From: the human T2T-CHM13v2.0 reference genome, Homo sapiens
NCBI RefSeq assembly: GCF_009914755.1
Contig: NC_060937.1
DNA length: 64,000 nucleotides
Reading direction: 5' to 3' (one strand)
This document shows, piece after piece, positions 44,011 to 59,827 of the stretch. The position numbers and the translations under genes were made by a program. The first letter of the stretch is position 1. Each line of letters begins with the position of its first letter. The notes beneath the pieces are model-generated. The model saw only the letters and a list, made by a program, of their open reading frames with translations, did not search any database and was not told the origin of the DNA.

Positions 44011-46866
44011 GTTCACTCTATGTAGTAAAATAATAAAAATAATAATAATAACCCTATTCGTAAAGCCATTTCTCCCAAATCCTTCAAGTATACTACCTTA
44101 TCAATTCCAGGGTCATAAAGTTTCCAAGAAATGAAAAGTAAGGCACAGAATGAGTTTGAAACTCTAACTTGAAACGTAATGCTAAATATACTTCTCAAGC
44201 CCAGAGAAAATAGAATAGAGGGTTTGGGAAATCTCAAGCAAGATGCTACAGAAAAAGTGGGAAAGAACAAGGAAGTTAAAAGATTTGAAATGTATAGCCC
44301 TTTAACTTGTTTTGATTTTAAAGAAAATCAAACTACTTAGGAGTACTTTATTATTCTGGCCACAGGAATTGTCCCCACAGCCCTCACTCTGGAAGTAGAA
44401 GTGAGGCTACTAAGTAGGAACACTTTAATTCACGCTGTGATTAGAATAGACCCGGTGGGCTCCTTTCACCACAGATATCTCCTGCCCAATCTATCACATT
44501 GCCTCAAATTCCACCAATAGAGATTTATTGCTTTCAGTCTTTAAGCTTTAAGTTCTTTTAAAACCTTTCATTAAAATGCAAATACTCTTGGTGGTGGTAA
44601 CACCCTAAAGCCATCAGCTAACACCCTACTGGGGACTACTTTCAATTAGGTGAGATGCCTTTGCGAAGAATGAAAGGGACTGAAAGAAAATACTTGTAGG
44701 GACAAGTAAATCACTTATTCTTTTGCCTAAGAACAGGACAACAACTATGAACCTCTCGTTGGAGTTATTCCCAACTTCTTGGCTGAGGAGAAGTTGGAAA
44801 ATTTATTTATTAACAAGACTTTTCTCTATCCCTTCACAACCTACAGTTAGGTTCCCTTATTGACAGGCTTGATATTTTATCCTTATGCAATCCTGGTCAT
44901 TAACTCCTAGGGGATTTGAATACTTCAGGGAAGATAACTGTAAAATAATTGAATATTTAAATTTCTTTCAAAGGCATTTTAGGGAACCTCCAAGAGAACA
45001 TGAGTAATACTCTGGCCAAAATCACAGATTTTATTGCCTGGATTGATCCAGCTGTGATACTGGCTCTACCAATTTACTAGAAGGTGTAGACTTGACCAAG
45101 CTACCTAACTTAGAAAACTTGATTAAATCAGGATTTCTTTAAGAAGTGTTTTGTATCTTTGTTAGAAATAAGTTATTCTTAAAAAGAAAATACTTAGAAA
45201 AACAAAAACTTAACTGAAAAGAGGAAGCGAAACAATGAAAAAAGCATTTTCTTCTGGAATGTTCAATTATCTCAATAGTAGCCACTATCAACCCATCATT
45301 TTCTATAAGAGCGACCCATTTCTATCCCAGAGGATTAGAGCAAGCTGAACTCTCCTAGCTCTAATCAAACGGAAGACCTCACTTAAATAATTACACTTAA
45401 TAGCTTGAATAAAATCACAATTTATGATTTTGGTAATTGTTTTTGCCAGCTTCATGCATTAGCCTTAGTACAGGCTTTAGTATTTTCAAACATCTGCATT
45501 AAAAGAGGAAAGCAATAGCTTAGAGATGTCCACATCCACATTTAATATCCCAAACACTAGGGAACTCACCCAAGCACACTTTCTCCTGCAGTTCTAAATA
45601 AAAAGCTTTCCCACCCACTCCCATTCCCAACCCGCCACACACAGACAGATCGCCAGGGGGGTCTTCTTTCCTTAGTTTATAACACTAAATCAATCTCATG
45701 CTAATTTCAGTCTCTCTCCTACAACTGTATAATGTTTACTAACTTTTCCAGGTCCATTTATTGTTTTTATTTAAGGTGAAGTCAAAATTGAACTTAACAA
45801 AAGTGATAGTAATTAATAAGAAGCTTAGTGCAAAAGAGCAAGAGATGTTAGAGTACTTTATAGAATTTTCAATATCCAATCTTCTTTGTGGACATCATCT
45901 TTTGTTAATCTCTTCAGTAGTTTTTGAGAAATTAAGCTTAATTCTCTTTCTAAGAGTTGGGGCAGAGAAACAAATAAAATTCAGAAAAACAAAAACAAAA
46001 ACTGTGGTGTCTACACATTGGAAAATGTGAAAGTAGCTGCCCAGCAGAAATTTTAAGTCCAAATCCTACCTGCCTGGAGAAAGGAAAGAAAAGTTCCATT
46101 CAACCATTCATTCATTCATTCATTTATTCAAGAGAAAAGAGCTACTGTATATAAGCACAGGGCTAGACATTAGGGTTTCAATAATAAAGACACAAGCCCT
46201 TCTATAAGAAGGACAATAAAATTAAATAATCTGTGGGGTAAGTGCAGCAGAAGGATACATGGCAGCAAATGAGCACTGAGATTAATCCTGGGACACAAAC
46301 AAGCATTTACGAGTGAAAGCAACTTGCTCTGCTGATCTGCAAGAGTTCATTGGCCCTCTCCGATCTATTTACGCAAGGAAAGTTCCAACTCTGTGGTTAT
46401 ATTCTGCATATTTTTTTCTAGGAAACTGCTCCTACAAAACCAAGAGGTTTGTAAACTTTATATATGTATGTATGTTTATATTATACATTTTATATATATA
46501 CACATATAAATAATTTATTTCTGATGGGAAAGTTACAATTTGCTTAATGATTTGCATAGCCACTTGAACATTATGGAATCATGAAGAGTCATGTTTATAA
46601 GTTTATGGTAACATACAGGAATGCTTACTTTCTAAGTAACATGAAAAAGTAAGATACAAACCTGCAGATATGGGCGTATCAGAGCACATGAGACAGAAAT
46701 CAAGTAAAGGAAGCAATAAATACATAGAAAAAAAGACTGAAAGGAAATATGCTAAAATACTGAATGCTTATCTTTGAACTCTGAATGGAGAGTTACTTTT
46801 TTTTACATATGAAGATTTTCGTTTCTCTGTCATAAACATACATTATGTTTAAAACATAAAAACAAA

Positions 46867-47158
46867 TTTTTGTTTTTTGACACAAGGTCTCACTCTGTTG
46901 CTCAGGTTGGAGTGCCGTGATGTGATCACAGCTCACTGCGTCCTCAACCTCCTTGGGCTCAGGTGATCCTCCCCGCTCAGCCTCCTGAGTAGCTGGGACT
47001 ACAGGCACACACCACTATGCCTAGGTGATTTTTGTACTTTTTGTAAAGAGCGAGTTTCACCATATTGCCCAGGCTGGTCTCGAATTCCTGGGCTCAAGCT
47101 ATCCACCCGCTTCAGCCTCCCAAAGCATTGGAATTACAGTGTGAGCCACCGCACCCCA
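46867..47158 (-). mobile_element. AluJ
   Basis: Reverse Alu; TSD-like aacataaaa(a)caaa. Confidence 0.9.
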
Positions 47159-49901
47159 ACATAAAACAAACTTTTAAAACTAATTTGACTTCAACAACTT
47201 GGATCATATTTTTCAGAGACTTCATTGTGGACAAATCATGACCCTAGCTAAACTTTATTAGTGCCTGAAGTTTGCCTCTATCTCATATAATTAACCACAT
47301 ATAATTGTCCTTTTAATCTTTCCTTTCCATTTGAGTTCTAAAATATCTGCTAAAAAGCAGATGATTATAAACAAAAATATTATCCTTGTGAGAACTATAA
47401 ACTATGAAAAGCACAAATAATCACTGACATCGTCTAGATTAAATAAACCTCAGGAAATAGACCCAACAGCACAAAAGGATATAAAGGACTTCCTAAGATT
47501 AATGTATGTATATCAATATTTCGCCAAAAGAAGCGGCTGATTTGGAATCCTCAGTTTATCAATGCATAGTTTTCCCTTAGAAAGATGTTGTTAACTTGTT
47601 AGTTGAACTTTTCCTTTTTTCAGTTTCCTGAGAGGCAACAATCCAAATCATCCAGAAGCTATATGATTAACATTATTTTCCCTTCTAATGCAAATTTTTT
47701 CCTATTGCTCGTAAAGCTTTGAGGGATACACTTTTTAAAATGGTGACTAATGTGAACATATTTTCATTCTCACGTTCCACATTTGTTTGGACTTTTAGTG
47801 TTCTCTGTGTAGTTGTGTGTCCCAGTCATGTGCACTTCTCAGTACAAACAGACTATGAACTAATGCATCAAACAGATTACTTTCCCACACTCACCAAAAT
47901 ACAGAGGTCCATGGGGCACCTGCTTACAAATATCACCAGTGGACACCTTGTGAACACTTTCAGCTTATTGGCTCACAAGCACAAAAGCACTCTCTCAACT
48001 ATTAACATGGCAGGTAATTCAGTACACCAAATGAATAAATACATACACAAATATGCAAAATACAAATGTTCCCTGGGGAAAAAGTTAAAGTATATTTTAA
48101 TTAAAAGATTCTGTGTTCAAATTAAACTACTAAGCATATGTATGTTTTGTGGAAGAACTTGACAGATTCCTGAAGTTTTTAATTTTGTTTACTGGGGCAA
48201 GTTATCAGAGTTTTCACTATATTAATATGCATTACAAATTTCCAAGAATGGGGTAACATAGGCATTTACTAAACTTAGTTCACCATGAAACCTGCCATTG
48301 CTAGTGAGTTTGTTTGTTTGTTGTTTGTTTAAAGACTTGTGCTCTAAACAAATGTGATATAATCAATGGTATGATTTACATTTGAATTATGAAAATTTCT
48401 CATCTCTCAACAGTACCAAACCATGTTCTATATGTCATAGGGCACATGAGAATTATTCCCCAAAAGTTAGGAAAACAGCAATTCACATATTCCACCGGAT
48501 GCCAGAATGGGGGGCTTTACCCTTACATCACACCAATATGTCCTCATCATTTTGGTTACCATTATCTATTAATATTACTGCATACATATTTGACCAAATT
48601 CTGTAAAAGTTGAATACTGAGCAATGTAAGAAATAATTGGGTCAAAGGGAAAGGTTTACAAAGCAGGTGATCATCTAACTTGAAACATTTTACTCTCTAC
48701 CAGAGGAAATGCAAGAGTTCACCATTATCAAAAAAATTAATATCAGTAAACTAAAAGCATCGTTAACAAAAAATAAACAGAAGTTAAAATTAGCTACTCT
48801 GGTGAGGATAAATTATTGTGGCCTCTGACCTCAAAAGTCACACTGTATACAACCAAAATAGTACAAGAAATTTATTTAATATAAAACCTGTTTAAAAAGC
48901 CAAAGACAAAATATCTGAAGTCTCCAGCTCAGTTGGAGCTACTACATACTGAATAAGGAATTACCCCCAAAGAAAGAATTAAAACACATTGGAATGTAAC
49001 TAAGCCACTCTTAAGCATTTGTATATTAAGTGTTAAAAATTAATGACAGCCTAAAATACTAAAGAGAGTTCCTGTCGTAGGTAGTTGGGATAATCTCGCC
49101 CTCGCCCTCGCCCCTAAAGCTTCTAAGTCCTCTTCCCCTTTTTTAGAATATACATAAGGTCTAAGTTAAGAAGATATTTAAAATCCATTATGTATATTAG
49201 TTATACTAATCTTAGAATATATTAAGTATTATATTAAACTTAGTTTAAGATATGTTAACTTAATGAATATATTTTTGGAGCCTAACCTTATCAGATCAGG
49301 GAGATGGATATATTCTTGCCTCAACTGGAATTCTTTACATCCATGGTAAATGTCCCTTTATAAAGTGAATCAAGTCACTTACCACTTGATAAGTAAATGC
49401 ATCAAACAGATTACTTTCCCACACTCACAAAAATACAGAGGAATATTTTGTGAGACTGAAATGCTTTTCAATGCAACTTAAAGTTTTAAAGAGATATACA
49501 ATTTAATACTATTTATGTTTACCTTTCTATAGCATACATTATGCATCTACATATATGATTTCTCCCAGAGTTAATACCATTTGCAAATTTCATTTAGTGG
49601 CATGTTTGTCTAGAAAGCTAAATATTTTTAACCTTTTAATCACCTTACAGTTTTCCTTTCTTCCCGTAAGTCTTCCAGGCCACATATGATTCTACCCACA
49701 ACACCTCTCTTTTACAATTATGTGCAAAAGCTTACTAGAATCCCCTAAAGAACAAATTCTGAAATAATTAGAAACAATTGTAAGTGGCCTTCTTAAAGTT
49801 TGGGAAAACGTTAATACTATATTGGATTCTTTCTCAAAGCTCCTGTCATACCTCACAACAATATTCTAGAAAATTTAAATTTAATATTAAAACCTATTCC
49901 A

Positions 49902-50286
<385 letters not shown>

Positions 50287-50589
50287 TCACAGCAATTACT
50301 ATTGGCTATATTTTGTTTGAGCCAAAAGCAATGCATTTGGTCTTTCATTTCAATGGCATATGCGAAGAACCTGTTTATAAACTTGCAGTGGAAATGGTCG
50401 ACCATCATTCTGTTTCTTCAGGTTATTGTTAATTTGGTCCCAATATGAACCCATTGCTCCTATCTCAAAATAATATCCAACTTTCCTTTGTAGGAGATGC
50501 CATTTCCAACACTTTAAAGGCTGCTTTTCCAAATGTTTTTGTTTTATTTTTGAATAGTAGATAAAATAACGAAATAATTGCAATTATAT

Positions 50590-50930
50590 TATCTACTGCC
50601 AGGGATTGTGCTAAATTCACTATGTGATCTAACTCTTTTAATACTTTGACAAACTTTTGAGATAAGTACTATTACAATCCTTATTTTTTTGGTGAGACAT
50701 TGAGACACCAGAAAGTAAAAGTAAAATGACTTACCTAATATCACACATATTAAAAGTAATAGAGTCAGGTTGTGAACCATGGCAATCTGGCTTCAGATGC
50801 CAAGCCCTGAGCCCAGAAAGTAAAAGTAAAATGACTTACCTAATATCACACATATTAAAAGTAATGGAGTCAGGTTGTGAACCATGGCAATCTGGCTTCA
50901 GATGCCAAGCCCTGAGCACAGTGTAATACT
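50590..50930 (-). mobile_element. MIR containing a 105-bp tandem duplication
   Basis: Reverse MIR. Unit 50708-50812 is repeated at 50813-50917 with one mismatch. Confidence 0.8.
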
Positions 50931-51260
50931 ACCACTGTAGCAGATTTGCATGTTAATGTAGTCAACAAACATTAATTGAACATGTCCATGTGCCTGACCT
51001 TTTAATATGTGGTGGAAATAACAACAAAATACTATACCTTCCCTCAAGTAGCTCATGGTCTATTTTGGGAAATACATCGATACATAGAGAATTACACTAA
51101 ACCGTGTTAAATACTGTAGTAAATGTTGCAGAGCATGGTTGTTGGGACAAAGTCATGGGGGTGCTTCAGGGAAGATGAGGTATGAGCAAGCAGGAGTTTG
51201 TCAACTGAAGGAGAGGAGGGGGTGCTAAGTAACGAAACAGCCATAGAGGCATAGCCCCCC

Positions 51261-51263
<3 letters not shown>

Positions 51264-51305
<42 letters not shown>

Positions 51306-51310
51306 ACACA
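51264..51310 (+). repeat. (CA)n microsatellite
   Basis: Read directly. Confidence 0.95.
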
Positions 51311-51691
51311 TACACTTCTGTAATGAAGGCTGAAGTACTCAAATTTGAGTACTTATAACATCTAATATTAGTATTAAAAGGTCATTTATTAAAGAAAACA
51401 CTTCATAAAGTATTAAATAAAATTCAATAAATGTAAATCATATTAACAGCAATGTTTGGTGCTTAATTGGGTCAAAGGGAAAGGTTTACAAAGCAGGTAG
51501 TTATCTAACTTGAAATAGTTTTCATTTCCCCATCCTTAGCATGGTTAGTCTCACACAGTCCAGCACATAATTATTCTCTAATAGTTTTATACGTCAAATC
51601 TTCTCTGTCTGTACTGTCTGCATATTTCTGACTTTGAGAAATGTGTTAGATATATGATGGTAGGCACTGATTATTAGTCAAACATCTTTAG

Positions 51692-52067
<376 letters not shown>

Positions 52068-52513
52068 CGTTCACCTATTTTAAATGTATTTTCTTGTGAT
52101 GCCTTATTTAAGAAGAATTTAAATAGAACACAATTTGGTGTTATATTATCAACTACATAGACAAAATCTGAATCTAATCAAAAATGAATCCATCTCCCCT
52201 TCAATACTTTACTGTAATAGGGATTTGTATTCATAAGATGGAAATTCATTACTCAACTGGGTTTTATCTCATTTTTCTGTAATCACTTATTATCTTAATC
52301 TTAATCAAAATTATTGTCATATTTTTGATATAAGAAGGACACATTTTGTAAAGAAATTATAGCAAACCAGCAATAAGAAGGAAAAAACTACAGCGAGTGT
52401 GCATAAATCTTTATAAAATAAAGCAGCCATAACCATAAATTACTGGTAAAGTAACTTTAAAAGTTAGTAAAGTAAGTCCACATACACACACACATACATT
52501 CAACAATCTGGTA

Positions 52514-53178
<665 letters not shown>

Positions 53179-55312
53179 ATAAGCATCTTCACATATAAAT
53201 CACAAAAGTAGAAAAATAGTTTTGTTTGTATTAAATGATTGCTCCTTAGAGATGTAGTCTCAAATGAGGGTAAAAAAACCTATTAAATCAGAACTCAGAC
53301 AATCTTGTCTTCCCACTTATGAATGCAGAGGCAAGATGGCTGACGCAACCTAAAATGCATGTTTTCACCCTTCACTGACAAGTTATTTGTATGCCACCTC
53401 TGGAGAAAATGTACATAACTAATTTGTTTGAGAAACCTGTAAACACACACACACACACACAAGCACACACACATCCGCCATTCCCCTCCACTGTGTAATG
53501 CATGAGGAGCTGTCAAGAAACGTAATCCTGAAGCACAAATTCAGACACCAACTCCAGAATTCAGAGACCTCCTGACAACTTTTTGATGCCCCCGTGAGGA
53601 TTCCAGGCCTATGAACTAATGAAAAGGTGATGTTAAGATAGACAAAGGCTGTTTCCAGCCTGCAGAGATTTAATAACCTGCTTAATTCATTACCTGACAT
53701 AGATGATACCTATGCACCAAACATTGCTGTTAATATGATTTACATTCATTGAATTTTATTTAATTCTTGATGAAGCATTTTCTTTAATAAATGACCTTTT
53801 AATACTAATGTTCAATGTTATAAGAAATTAAGATATAAACTACCGGAACCACAGAGTTGGAGAAGTCATTGGCACCTGTCCTTTCAAGCTTGAATAGACA
53901 CTGTTTTACCATGGAATTTTTTTCTCCTGGAATACTAGGCTGAGGCTGCTTTTAAAATCCTGATCATTATCCTAATTCCCATGTTCCCTTATTTATTTAT
54001 AGCTGAATCATATTTTAAAATACTAAAAACATAGTGCCTTAAAAGCGTTGTTTAAACTGGCTAAAGCATAATAGCTCACATTTAGAAATTACATAATGTA
54101 TGAACTAGAATTCTTTTGAGCACTTTATGTATATTATTTCACTTAATTCAAGAAACTTCTGGGATGGAAATACTATTTCCATTTTATAAGTGTGGAAACT
54201 GAGGCAAAGATACATTGAAGCATAGAATTATGGAGAATAAAAGTATAAGTTTTCTTATTATTTCAAATTGAAAAAAAATAGTTTCTTGATTAAACCTGTA
54301 ACTAACATTACATTAGAGAGAAGTCTAGAAAAGACAACAGCTATGACATTTTGATTTCTTAAAACAGAAGACAGAATTCCATATTTCAGTCAATTTTTAA
54401 TTTCATTGCTTGTTAGAGGATTTTCTAATATTTAAAACACGGCTTCAGTCTTGGTCAAACTTCCCTTACAGTCCAGGACCTTAGATCTGATGACTCACTT
54501 CAAATGCGTCCTCTCTTTCCAACATTATTAGTGCACAGACATGTGCTAGGTGACCCTGGCATGCAAAGGCCGATTCTAGATACCATGGCAGAAACAAGGC
54601 AGCAAAATATAACCCTCTCTCCAAAAGTCGTCTTCTTATTGTTAGAATACATAGCTATGACACTAAGCTTTAAGTGACTTTAGAAAGAGAAAGGAAAAAG
54701 AGAAGAAACTCTCAGAAAACCTAAAGACAAAAAAAGCATTTAAGATGAGTCTTCAAGCGTGAGTATTATTTTAACTAACAGAGAGAAAGTGAGAAGAATG
54801 CATTGAAGATTTTCAAATGACATGGTCAAGGGCTCCAAGGCAGAAAAATGTGGAGTTCACCAGAAATGATGAGTGTGTCCAGGCCTCAACAAATGCTCCA
54901 TCTGCAAAGAATCAGTGAGGCCATTTCGGTAAATTCACTATGTTTCTTATGCTACTCCCAGCTATATTGCAAGTCCTTTGAGATAATCACCAAGGCTTGT
55001 TTCTTCTAAAGCCCTCCTCCACTGTCCATTACAGAGGGCAGCAAATTGTGTTTGTTCAGTAGCCTTGGCTAACTCAACCAACAGGGTTGAGTTTGGCAAC
55101 TGCAGATCATACTGTAAAAGGCAAAGCAAATATTGAGTGTTTAAAATAGGGCCTTCACAGATGGGCCATGTGTGATCTACTATGACACTCATACTTAGGA
55201 AGTGATAGTATGTGAAGTACAGTGCTCATAATTTAATAGGTTTTTATGAGGTTAGCATGAAAATTAATTTAGCTGTAATTATCAAGATAGGGATGAAAAA
55301 CAATGAGATCTA

Positions 55313-55477
55313 GGGAGGGGCGTAAGGGCTAAGGGATGCCAATCTGGGCTATACTCATTGCCTGGGTGACGGGGTCATCTTCACCCCAAACCTCAGCATC
55401 ACCCAGTGTTCCTATGTGACACACCTGCACATGTACCCCCAAATCTAAAATGGATGTTGAAATTATTTTAAGAAATC
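55313..55477 (+). mobile_element. L1PA15/16-like 3' end fragment
   Basis: cctgggtgacggg...ccccaaacctcagcatcac...cctgcacatgtaccccc; TSD ATGAGATCTA at 55303 and 55478. Confidence 0.85.
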
Positions 55478-55765
55478 ATGAGATCTAATAATAACTGAAT
55501 TTACAGTGTAATTAACATTATGCTGAACACTTTGATGCACATTATATAATTTAATCTCCACAATAACTCTATGATATAACTATCATCATTATGCCCATTT
55601 TAGAGATGAATGGAATGGTTCCTTATGAGAGAATAAGTAACTTGAATAAATCACAGACTGCTAAAGAAGTAGGACCAGGCCTGTCTGTGCAAAAGTCCAT
55701 GCTAAATTGCCATGCTAATCATAAAAATGTTTCAGCCTTAAGTAACTTACATCAGAAGCAAATAG

Positions 55766-56088
<323 letters not shown>

Positions 56089-56179
56089 TGAAATTCACTT
56101 TTAAGACTGCACTGCTATTCCACGACTCTGAATATATTTACTATTTAAAAATATACGTATTATCTCTAAAAAGAATTGA

Positions 56180-56520
56180 ATGTTCCTGTCTCCACTTGCT
56201 GTTGCTGCTGCTTAGAATGCTCTTCAGTCAAACATCCCCATGTCTCACCTTCCCCAACCACTACGCAAAGTGCACTGGGTCCACTTAATAGTTCCCTTCT
56301 CCCACCTCACTGTGTTTTTATCTTCAGTGTTGTTCAGAAATACCACATAGCTACTTGTTTATTGGTGACTATCTGTCTTGCATATTTCATGAGGGCAGAG
56401 ATTTTGAATGTTTTGTTCACTGGAATATCCCCATTTTAGAGGAGCAATGTTTGGCACAAAGTAGGGACTCGATAAATATTTATTAAATGAAAAAAAATGA
56501 ATGACTGGGTGAAGGAAGGA
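56180..56520 (+). mobile_element. L2 3' end
   Basis: catgagggcagagatttt...ttgttcactg...tggcacaaagtagg...ataaatattt...aatgaatga. Confidence 0.65.
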
Positions 56521-57341
56521 ATGGATACACATTGCTGATCTATGGCCATCTGAATCAACATTGTCTTAGCAGTTATTTAAAGACCTGAAAGGATGGTACT
56601 CCGACTTGTCAGAGTGTTGTGTATGGCGCCAACTTGATAATGATGATAAAGTGGAAGGCTTTTGAGTTAGTGCCTTCTTTGCATTACCCTGTCTCCCACT
56701 GAATATTCTGGATTTATCTTAGCTCTTCAAAATGATGTGGTTGGAAACAGAATCATCCATAAATTTTTCAACTTATAGCAATCTATAGAGCTTGAAATTA
56801 TCAACCAAAGTAGTCTATGCCCAAATATGTAAATTTTTAAACATGGCTTACAAATCTAGACACATGTACTTAAATTTTAATTTATACTTTTACAATGAAG
56901 TGTCAATTTTTAATTATATTATTTAGTCCAGGGTTCTAGATTATCAAAAATAAACCACCTTTAAACTATAATAGCACATTTTGTACTCAGAGATTCTTTC
57001 TTATATATTCATGGTAATATATGAAAGTCCTAAAATAATGCATTTAATACCATTGGAAGGCTATATTAATTTTAAAAATGGTGTTAAAATTTGCTGGCTA
57101 TTTGAAAAGTTGAAATAGAGCCCGATTTTATGCATTTTAAAAGGAGATTACAGATTACAAATGAGTAAAAAGTCTATATTTGGAATAATACTTTATAAGA
57201 ATGACATTAATGCCAGAAAGTACTGAGTAAATGATTGATAGAATTATACACATACAAATTAAAAACATTTTTAAGACAATTAATTCTGAAATAAAGCGAC
57301 AAAGAAGAAAAATGTGTATGTAAAAGACGGATAATTATTGC

Positions 57342-57460
57342 AGGAAATTGCTAAAACCCGGGAGGTGCAAGTTACAGTGAGCCGCGCCACTGCACTCCAG
57401 CCTGGGTGACAGAGCGAGACTCCGTCTTAAAAATAGATAAATAAATAAGTAAATAATAAA
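57342..57460 (+). mobile_element. 5'-truncated Alu right-arm fragment
   Basis: gcgccactgcactccagcctgggtgacagagcgagactccgtct followed by an A-rich tail. Confidence 0.85.
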
Positions 57461-57469
57461 ACAAATGAA

Positions 57470-57900
57470 AAATCCAATAATAAATGGCAAATGCATATGA
57501 ATAGAAAAATAATACACATATGTAATTAGTTAATAAACATTAAAAGATTTACAATTTCACTAGCACATAAGGAATTAAAAATCAAATCAAATATAAAATA
57601 TCATACTTTGGCCATCACTCTGGCAAAGCTAAAACATACTGATACGACACTGGTAGAATATAATATTTCTCAAAGAACGTTTAGTCCTCTGTATTGAAAT
57701 TTAAAATATGAATGCTACTTAAACCAACACTTTTATATTGATAAATCTAAAAATTCATTCTGAAGAAATAATGAGAGAGAGAGAGAGAATATGCAAAAAT
57801 AAAACCCTAAAGGCTCATATAATTGTGTTAGGTTGAATAAATTACGGTGTATACTAGACTGAAATTATAGTAAGTCATTAAAATATATATTATAGAAATC
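57470..57900 (+). mobile_element. Old L1M fragment
   Basis: aaatggcaaatgcatatgaataga...aataaacattaaaaga...atcatactttgg...tggcaaa resembles the L1M ORF2 3' region. Confidence 0.5.
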
Positions 57901-59518
57901 TAGATTTTAAAAATACAAAAACCTGTCCATTGTAGATTTTTATGTGTTACAACAGGTTAGACAACAGTATGATCATATTTTGTATAGGCTATCAGTATTT
58001 TCCTCTTGTGGATGCAATATGTTATTAAATCTTTACTTTCTTACTAGTTTTTAAAATTCTTTAAATATCTGGCAGTGAACAAGATTTTGTGTTCTATTTA
58101 TTTATTTTTAAATCAGAGAAACACGGAAGGTACTAGGGGATCCAGGGGTAGATTTAGTGCCATTAAAAAACAATTATTTTTCACACACCAGGGAAAACTA
58201 AAACATTTAATACTCTGAAAATGTTGGATAGAAGTAAACTGTGTATGTACAGAAGACCTTTATTTTAGAAGTGCATGTAAAAAGAAAAAATAAATAATTA
58301 GAAATCCATTCTAAACTGACTGAACATAAGGATTGTAACGGTAGATTTTATTCACAATTATATATAACTTGGCTATTTGTCTTTCACAAACTAAAATACT
58401 TTAGGGCAAATTCAGCTTTCAAAAGTCCTGTATACCAAGGGGAGCTACAATTGCAAGGAAGTATTTTTACCAGAAAATACTATGTCAAAAACTTCTTAAA
58501 GGAAAAAAGATAAAAATGAATATAGACACGAGGATTGCTAACTACATTTTAAAATCTCTCCTCTTTACTTACACTTCCAAGCAGTCAATTTTAAAATTGT
58601 ATTTCATTTTTTGGTAACATTTAGCCTGACTTTTTCAAAAACTAGCTTTTCCTTCTTTAGGCTTCAACAATGAATTTTATTCAATCTCAAGGCTTCCCTG
58701 GTTGAATGACAAAGAGTAGTATATCTTCCCAGAAGGCATGGCCTCTTTGGAGTAAAAGCACTATACTCTTTTATTGGGTTCACCGATAGGATTTACTCTA
58801 CCTTGAATGGGTGGTGTGTGGTGAGTAGTTTATGAACAAAACCTTCCTGGTATATAAACTGTCAATGTGAACACGATGAAAAAAGAATGGAGAATCTTGC
58901 TGGACAAGATGTTATTGCATCAATCCAAATAATTTCTCTTGTTTTCAGTCTTCACACAAAACTTTTCATAAGCTTTGAAGAAATATTTGAAGGGATGCCT
59001 TGAGTGTGCATATTGGTCTTATTTATAGGAACGCATAACTAACAAAGAAATATCAAAACTTGTATCAGCTTTTCCAACTATATTTTATAGCCAACTATAT
59101 GAAATTGCTATAGTCTCACTTTATGTCAAAATGGATATTTTTACTTTCATTAAAAAAATGTTAAAAGCAATGCTCCTGTTCTTATTTAACTACATTTCTG
59201 AGTCTGAATTGCTTAAAACAGTTAATTACACGTTTTAATTTTACCAATTATTTTTTGTTGTTTTCTAGTCACTATTTGCTTGACCACTTAGGATAATTCA
59301 TTCTGAAAGTCTGTGAAAAGTGTGTGTGCGTGCATGCATGTGCACACACACACACACACACGAGACACACAGTGTTTGGACACACGTTGGCATCCTCCAT
59401 ATATGCTGAAGTCAATGGAGCTAGCAAATGCATTGAGAACAGGAAATAAGAAAAGGCAAAGAAAAAAATTGATCTTAGTAAAAACAGGAAGCCACCCCTG
59501 CTGTTAAGAGAGCAAGCT

Positions 59519-59827
<309 letters not shown>

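Noticed and set aside
49096-49114. (CTCGCC)3 mini-repeat
   Set aside because: Short slippage product with no further support.
50708-50917. CRISPR-like or coding repeat (duplicated 35-aa ORF unit)
   Set aside because: A simple two-copy tandem duplication within a MIR, with no spacers, in a eukaryotic context.
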